This document shows, one piece after another, positions 57,168-64,000 of a stretch of DNA of 64,000 nt. The notes beneath the pieces were generated by a model, which saw only the letters and a list, made by a program, of their open reading frames with translations, ran no database searches and was not told the origin of the DNA. How positions within the stretch are numbered: position 1 is the first letter of the stretch; the number at the start of each line of letters is the position of its first letter. The translations under genes were made by a program, and so were the position numbers. The stretch is from Eledone cirrhosa (taxonomy: Eukaryota). Location of the stretch: assembly GCA_964016885.1 (NCBI GenBank), contig OZ024751.1:33108001-33172000 (forward strand), read 5' to 3'.

Positions 57168-57170
<3 letters not shown>
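56913..57170 (+). mobile_element. Second copy of the 26454-26812 hammerhead element, with 5' inversion, in (TA)n
   Basis: 56913-57085 is the reverse complement of about 26554-26726; 57086-57170 matches 26728-26812 in sense. Confidence 0.85.
56953..57023 (-). ncRNA. Type-I hammerhead ribozyme (homologue of 26616-26686)
   Basis: Core, stem I and stem III are identical; differences are confined to stem II. Confidence 0.8.
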
Positions 57171-57262
<92 letters not shown>

Positions 57263-57458
57263 TAGGTAGTAACATGTGCTTATTGCCGTATTTGACTAAA
57301 TAGAATTAGTCTGAGTGGAAAAAAGGATGAGTATTGACGTACATGGGACGTGAAACCACATCTTTGGTTTGCCGTTCGTAAAGAAAGCCTGCTTCTTTGT
57401 GTCTCCCTTTTTACACACACACACGCCCACCCCCACACACACACACATATACATATAC

Positions 57459-57498
<40 letters not shown>

Positions 57499-57550
57499 GT
57501 GACGTTTTTTTTTACAAAATGAAAAATAACCGAGGTGTCCTACACGAGTG

Positions 57551-57633
57551 AAAGTAGAGTTGAGATGGAGGGTCTGTGGTTTTTTTTCTCACATGTGAGA
57601 AAAACCACAGACCCTCCATCTCAACTCTACTTT
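57551..57633. repeat. 83-bp near-perfect palindrome
   Basis: Centred on CACA|TGTG; the arms differ only in T-run length (8 vs 5). Confidence 0.95.
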
Positions 57634-57959
57634 TGAAAAGCAGAAGAACTGCGAAACCGGTAAAGGAACCAAATAAATAAATATATATATTTTTTAAATA
57701 AGACTCCAGTTGCATTTTCGATTCATTTTTTTTTCTATATATATATATAAAATTTATATTTACTCCTAGAATTAACGATTAACTGATTAATTTAATTTAA
57801 TTAGATAATTCTATTGATTGATTAATTGTTTAAGTTTGTTTGATAACTTCTAGTCGAGTGCTTTATTCGGTTTGTCTAAAGGGATTCATTCTTTTATCTC
57901 AAATTAGAATTCACCGCCTAAGCGGAGGTTACTTCCCTTGGAGTAAACCACGTGTCCTG

Positions 57960-58404
57960 TGGCGACATTTAAATCTACAACATACCCGCTCTGGCTAAGA
58001 ACGAAAGACTTGCTGAAGAAGTAAATCCTATGTTCTGTCGTCAAAAAACCATTATATTGCAGACTCCTGCAATAGGAATTTGTCGATCTTGGATTTGCAG
58101 AAACCTAGCGCTGGTGTTGGATGCGATGTGTGATCTATATTGTTGATATACGATGTAGGTTATATGTTTTGCACTCAGCCTCACCGTTATGTCCAGGTCA
58201 GTATAAAATCTTTTCCTGGGTCCTGTATTTTCGTTGCTCTAGTAGTGCGGCCGACTGCCGACCGCTATATCTGATTTGCTAAGCTGTCTGAACGTAATGA
58301 TATTACTCTGGGGTCTCTCCTCATCCGAGTGCTCAAGCTACAGACCGATTATTCATATATGCTAGCTTGGCCGTATTCTAAAGCTTCGTCAATGGTGTAC
58401 TAAC

Positions 58405-58405
<1 letters not shown>
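57960..58405 (-). mobile_element. R4/Dong-like non-LTR retrotransposon fragment
   Basis: Minus-strand SLSTRMRR and RKRFYTDLD resemble the pre-RT region of R4/Dong ORFs; abuts (TA)n. Confidence 0.45.
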
Positions 58406-58438
<33 letters not shown>

Positions 58439-58597
58439 GATTATATTTCTCTTATGTATAAACCAGTTATTTTAGTGGTTACAAACATGTCAGTAGTATT
58501 ATCAGAGAAATTTCTGGATACAACCAGCTTTAACAACAATATATTACTTTAATTTCTCTGGTATTGTCTTATTTCTATTGAATCTCTCTCTCCCTCT

Positions 58598-58677
<80 letters not shown>

Positions 58678-59210
58678 TCTCTCTCTCCTCTCTCTCACAC
58701 ACTCTCTCTCTCTCTCTCTCAAACATATCCCTCCTCTATTCACTTCACCTTCTCACAATACCTCACTTACTTCTCTACACAAGTTAATATATCTGGGTTA
58801 ACAATGTATAAAAGCACAGCAGACTTTGTATAATATTCCATATTCTCTTTCCATTTCTAGGTTATGAAGAAACGATTGAAAGTAAGGGAAGGTAACATTG
58901 TTTATTATCTGAATGCCATTTCTATATTTCTACCAGAGACACATTAATGAGTTTTTATTTGAAATTACATCACATTTTTCTATTTATTAAGGCCAGACTT
59001 CTGTTTGGCATCTTTCTTTGTTTCTGTACTTCTATTATTCTATTTTGATATATACAGAATTCTATCAACATAATCTTACGGCAGCTACCAACAGAATCTG
59101 CGTCATACGTCTACTATTTGAATACGTCGGAATAGGATGATGACGATGATGATGATAATAATAATAATAATGATAGCAACAACAACAACAACAGCAATAA
59201 TAGTAATAAT

Positions 59211-59690
59211 ATTTCTTATTAGCTATACCAGGCTTACATCAAGAACACAATAAATACGACACAAGACGGCACAAGACGGTACAATAATGGTTCTTGCGTG
59301 TAAAAATATGTTTACCAAAAGCAATGTATATATAATTTCAATAGGGAGGAGTCTTTCGAGGATCATTCGTGGAGAAAGCCTTCAGAAAAGCTACGGTATT
59401 CATTACTGCTAGGGCATGTGTGCCTTCCCATTTCTCTTCCTCTACAGGTGCCGAGTGCAGGACCGCAAACTCCGACCATTCGCTGGTGGTATCACATATT
59501 GGCAATGCGATACGGTAAGCACTGCCAAGACAAGGGTTTTTTGGAAGTTATCCATTGACTCCCGTAAAAAAGTGACTAGTTGGTTTTCGTCATCGGTCAG
59601 AGTTTCCCCAAGTACGTCGTCGATTTTACTCACCACTACCCTCTAAATACTGCCAAAGTGGATTTTCCATCCAATGCCTCGGTTCTTTCT
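59211..59690 (-). mobile_element. LINE 3' end (L1/Tx1-like) with 3' UTR and AAT/AAC-repeat tail
   Basis: 3' UTR homologous to 29046-29160; a short ORF ends at 59442, upstream of the UTR. Confidence 0.55.
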
Positions 59691-60159
59691 CTACATATAG
59701 ACAGTTAATATATTCAAAAATGTTTATCGATTTCTTGAAAACAACCTTCAAAAACACTTGAATTAGCTTCATGAACCTTCCTATAGATTATGCTTTATAA
59801 AGAGATTTAAATGAATTATTTGCGCCGAGAAGAAAAACAATTCTCAATTTCTGTGATCACCTCAGGTTCCATTGTTCGATTTTTCTTTATTCCTCTACTA
59901 TAATTGGTCAAAGTTTTGCTCATCTCATTCCTATTTTCGTTATCATTAATTTACTTGTGTCCGCCCAAGTAAATATTCTTCTCAGCTCCACTGCATTTAT
60001 TAACTAACACCTATATATTGCTCCAAATACAGAGTGTACCTTTCTTAAAACGCTCGAAACGAAGAAAAAAAATCGTCCATCAACCCGATTAATTTCATAT
60101 GATTATATTCCCCTGTTTTATCATATAAAGTAGAATAAAACCTTATATTGATCCAGCAA

Positions 60160-60300
60160 CTTGGCAGAAGTGTAACAGAGCGTCGAACAAAATAGTTTGT
60201 GAGATTTATTCTGGCTCTTTGCATTATGAGATCACATTCCGCCGAGGTCAGGCTTGCTTTTTCAACCTTCTGGGTCCAATGACTAAAGTACCAATCTAAG
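60160..60300 (+). mobile_element. Diverged SINE copy
   Basis: TTGGCAGAAGTGT..TTCCGCCGAGGTCAGGCTTGCTTTT..AAAGTACC. Confidence 0.65.
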
Positions 60301-61049
60301 ACAGTGGACTGACAGATTCATTAGAGCGCCAGATGGAATGCCGCACAACATTGGTCCCAGTTCTTTCCGCTCCGATATCAAATCCCATCATGGCCTAATT
60401 GAATGAAAGACTTAATCGGTCACTCAGATTAACACCACCACCACCACCACCTGGACTTGGGTGTCTTCATCACAGTACACTCTACTCCACGCATCGGAAG
60501 GGAAAAAGGCAAATATGACCAAGGCGGTATTTGAGCTCTGAACATAAATAGACATAACTAAATGTTTTATTTGACTTTCTAACAATTTTGCCAATGTCTT
60601 GTCCATTAAGTACTATAAAATAGTGAGAATAATTATATGGTTTCTCTACCTACTAGAAATAGCAGCCAAGCCTTCCTGAAAACACACCTTACTATCTTTT
60701 AAAATATAGAGATCTTATTTGAAGATAATGTATACTTAGGTATACGGTGTGAATAAAAGACGAGATGGTCATATGTGGAGCATCCTTTATCATAGGTTCG
60801 CTCAATCTTTGTCAGACTTCTATAATAATAACTGTAAAACAATAGAATTTCTTCAGCGACCTCCATTACTCTGTTATGGATTAAACGATGTCTTTTTCTT
60901 TCTTTCACTCCCAGAAGATTTCTGATGCAACGATAATAAAATCAATTTTGTTGCAATTGGAATGTAAAGAATCGAAATGAAATACAATAAGGCTTTTAGT
61001 CTGACGTTTTATCCTTTCTTCCAACTCCCTTTCTCATAATTACTATTGG

Positions 61050-61300
61050 TTGATGTTGTTGTTGCTGTTGCTGGCGTTCATTTTGCTTTTGTTATTGCTG
61101 CTAGTGTTGTTGTAGTAGCTCTAGTAGTTGTTGTTGTTGTTGCTGTTACCGTTAATGTTACTTTTGTTGTTGCTACTGTTGTTGTTCTTATTGTTGTTGT
61201 TGTTGTTGTTCTTCTTCTTCTTCTTCTTCTTCTTCTTCTTCTTCTTCTTCTTCTTCTTCTTCTTCTTCTTCTTCTTCTTCTTCTTCTTCTTCTTCTTCTT

Positions 61301-61330
<30 letters not shown>
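61050..61330. repeat. (GTT)n-like tract followed by (CTT)n
   Basis: Directly visible. Confidence 0.95.
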
Positions 61331-61331
<1 letters not shown>

Positions 61332-61721
61332 TCCTCCTCCTCTTGATGTTCGTAAAACAAATCATCAGTAATCGGGCCGAAATACGGGCAAATATGTTCC
61401 CTTTTTCTATAATACAGAATTATATTGTGGATGGTGTTCTTCCAATTTCCGGAAAATGGTGTAGTATTATTTGAGTGTGATATGTCGGCTGTTTCTAGTA
61501 GGTCAAGTGACAATATAACGGTGTTATATAGATGGTTGACCTATCGTTCAGTCCAAAGAAAAATACAGTGCCCATAACTGCTTTGAGGACCTCCAACCCA
61601 GGGAAAACGAAGGTAACATGAAAATAGAGTGTTGGCCTCAATTCTTTCAACATGGTGGACTCCACTAAAGATACTCAAGTTACAAATGTGGCTACTATAA
61701 TGATTAATCCAGACCCTTAAT

Positions 61722-61800
61722 TTAGACTGGTAATTTATTTATTGTCTCCGGAAAGATGGCAGGCATAGTTGATATCGGTGGGATTTGAACTCAGAAGGTA
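61722..61800 (-). mobile_element. SINE fragment
   Basis: CTGGTAATTTATTT..GATATCGGTGGGATTTGAACTCAGAA. Confidence 0.7.
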
Positions 61801-62809
61801 GATGGAACGATTTAATACATTCATGCTCTTCAACCTTCTCTCAGTTCTCCCAGTCCCTTCATAAAGAATTGGTTCCAAACCACGTCCTCTTCTGGGTAGA
61901 AACCAGGTACCATATTCCATTTAAATTGAATCCACCACTTGGTTGCTTTCAGTTTTAAAGTTAACTTCATTTACGTCATTAATTCCATTGGAAGGAAAGT
62001 AAGTAATCCGACCTTTCATATTTTCTCCTAAAATATAGAAACTCTGCATTTAGTGGAAACAAACCAATATTAAAAGCTGGCTTTTGAAATTGTTCTTTTT
62101 TGGAATTTCTATTTCATACGACTGGATTGTTAATATAAAGTAATAAAATAATTGATGAAAGCAACAAAGGCAACGTTAATAAATTCTATAATATATATAT
62201 CAATGTATAATGAAAATAGAGCGAATGACCAGAGGGAATATTAACGGAATGCTTTAACTGCAATTACTTCATAGATTTATTAAATTTTCTGAAAATCATT
62301 TACTGCTGTGCTAGAGTATTTCGAATATTTTTATGATATTTGTCTCAGTTGAGTACTGTTAGAAATGTTATAGTAACAGTTTTCCAAATTCTTTAGATAA
62401 TTCTTCTACCTCAATCTAAAACAATGCCTTATGGTAAAAATAGCAAATTATTGAAAGTTCTTAATGCAGTTGGATGATTTACAATCGACTGGCTTTGCCT
62501 AGAGTTATCGTAATGTCGCATTCAGCAAATGCTTCTCTATAGAGTCACTAACCGTACATAGACTGAAGCAGAATGATAACGGCTTAATTGGTTGTGACTA
62601 ATAAGCAACCTTCCATGCAACTCAATGAAAAAGTTCGGCTTTAACAATCTAAGTGCACATGGATCAGTGGTATTATCTTCTTTAGCTTTCACTATAATCA
62701 ATATCGTTTTCTTACAGGAATCTCTCCGCTTAATATTTGCGGCAGATCATGGCTTGAAGACTGAAGTCTAGTTGCAAGTCATTATTGTTGTTGTTATCAT
62801 TATTATTAT

Positions 62810-62855
<46 letters not shown>

Positions 62856-64000
62856 GATATCATCATCATCATCATCATGATCATCGTATTGTTAGGCTTG
62901 GTAGACGGAAGAAATATATATGAAAAGGTTAAGGAAAGAGACGTGGGTGGAAATAAGAAAGTTTCATGTCGAATGAAGTGAGAGAATGAGAGTAACGTTA
63001 CTTAGAATATTAGAGACGATAAAATATCCTGAAACAATGTCGTTAATGATAATGGCTGAGCTAATGAAATATAATGAAACAATGACAAAAGATTATATAT
63101 ATAAAAGGAACATAAGACAAGCATAACAGTGAGAATATATAGAATGATAGAATTAAATGAAGCAAAGGCGATAATAAATATGGTGGAACTTTTCTAGCTT
63201 CATCTTTTGCGTTTCCATTTAAGCTACATTGTTGTGTAATTGGGAAAGTGCTGGAGGGTGGGTTTATATGTAATTGTGAGAGTGACTGGGACATGTAGAA
63301 TACGAGACTATAAAGAACTAAACAAAATAAAACAATACTGCATGGCAGCTCGTATCATATTATCGTAAATATATTATGTCCCTTGTCAAACGTTAAAATC
63401 CCCAAACTACATCATTGTAAATATGTAGCACATGGTAGGGATATCTGGCTGTTTTAAGTAGCAGTGATGTGATCATATACCTTAACACATTCAATAAAGG
63501 CTTAGTCGTTGTTGTTGTTGTTTAACGTCTCATCACATACTGAACTTCCCTATGATCAAATATATTCCAATCTTGGCTATAATTTTCTATGGAGAAACGC
63601 CTTTTACATTGTGTTTTCTTTTATTGAGACGATAGAGTATTATTTGAGGGAAATTTGGTCATTATGTCTACGAGGTCAAAGGATTCACTGGTTGAAACCT
63701 TAGTTAGTTCCCAGCTGTGTCCTATAACCTATAATTGAAGGATGTATAGGAGTCTATAGACGTGTATTTGCTAATAAATTCCAGCTATTATACTAGACAT
63801 TTAACACTTTGCATCGTAAGAGTATCAATTTTAATGAAAAGTGGATTATTGTTGACAACGAAACCCAGATGTCATATGACATCACACCTAGTCAGGTCTT
63901 ACAACTCATCGGGCCAAATGACGGCTCTTCCAAGGTTATTAGTTAAAATATTCCCCCAAAAGAATGTCAGCCCACATGAACCATTATTTTTGGGATTTGC

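Noticed and set aside
59448-59514. Plus-strand exon-like segment (tctacag ... gtaagc)
   Set aside because: Lies within an antisense LINE 3' end and has no recognisable product, though exonisation cannot be excluded.

Overview
Eukaryotic, very AT-rich, microsatellite-dense intronic or intergenic DNA. The tRNA-derived SINE families and repeat landscape resemble an octopus (cephalopod) genome; this is inferred from pattern recognition, not a search. There is no intact protein-coding ORF, and almost every ORF in the track is a microsatellite or minisatellite artefact. The window holds decayed Penelope-like elements (PLEs), RTE, CR1, R4/Dong-like and L1/Tx1-like LINE fragments, SINEs, a mariner-type MITE, a probable non-autonomous Helitron, five minisatellites and a few candidate minus-strand small exons. 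The main signal is a recurring architecture of short retro-inserts that sit inside (TA)n tracts and carry an inversion or fold-back at one end. Several carry minimal type-I hammerhead ribozymes (intact cores at 25869-25913, 26120-26164, 26616-26686 and 56953-57023). One looks copied from a tandem or circular ~470-nt hammerhead-bearing monomer (retrozyme-like), and two RTE 3' ends show twin-priming-type inversions in the same (TA)n context.
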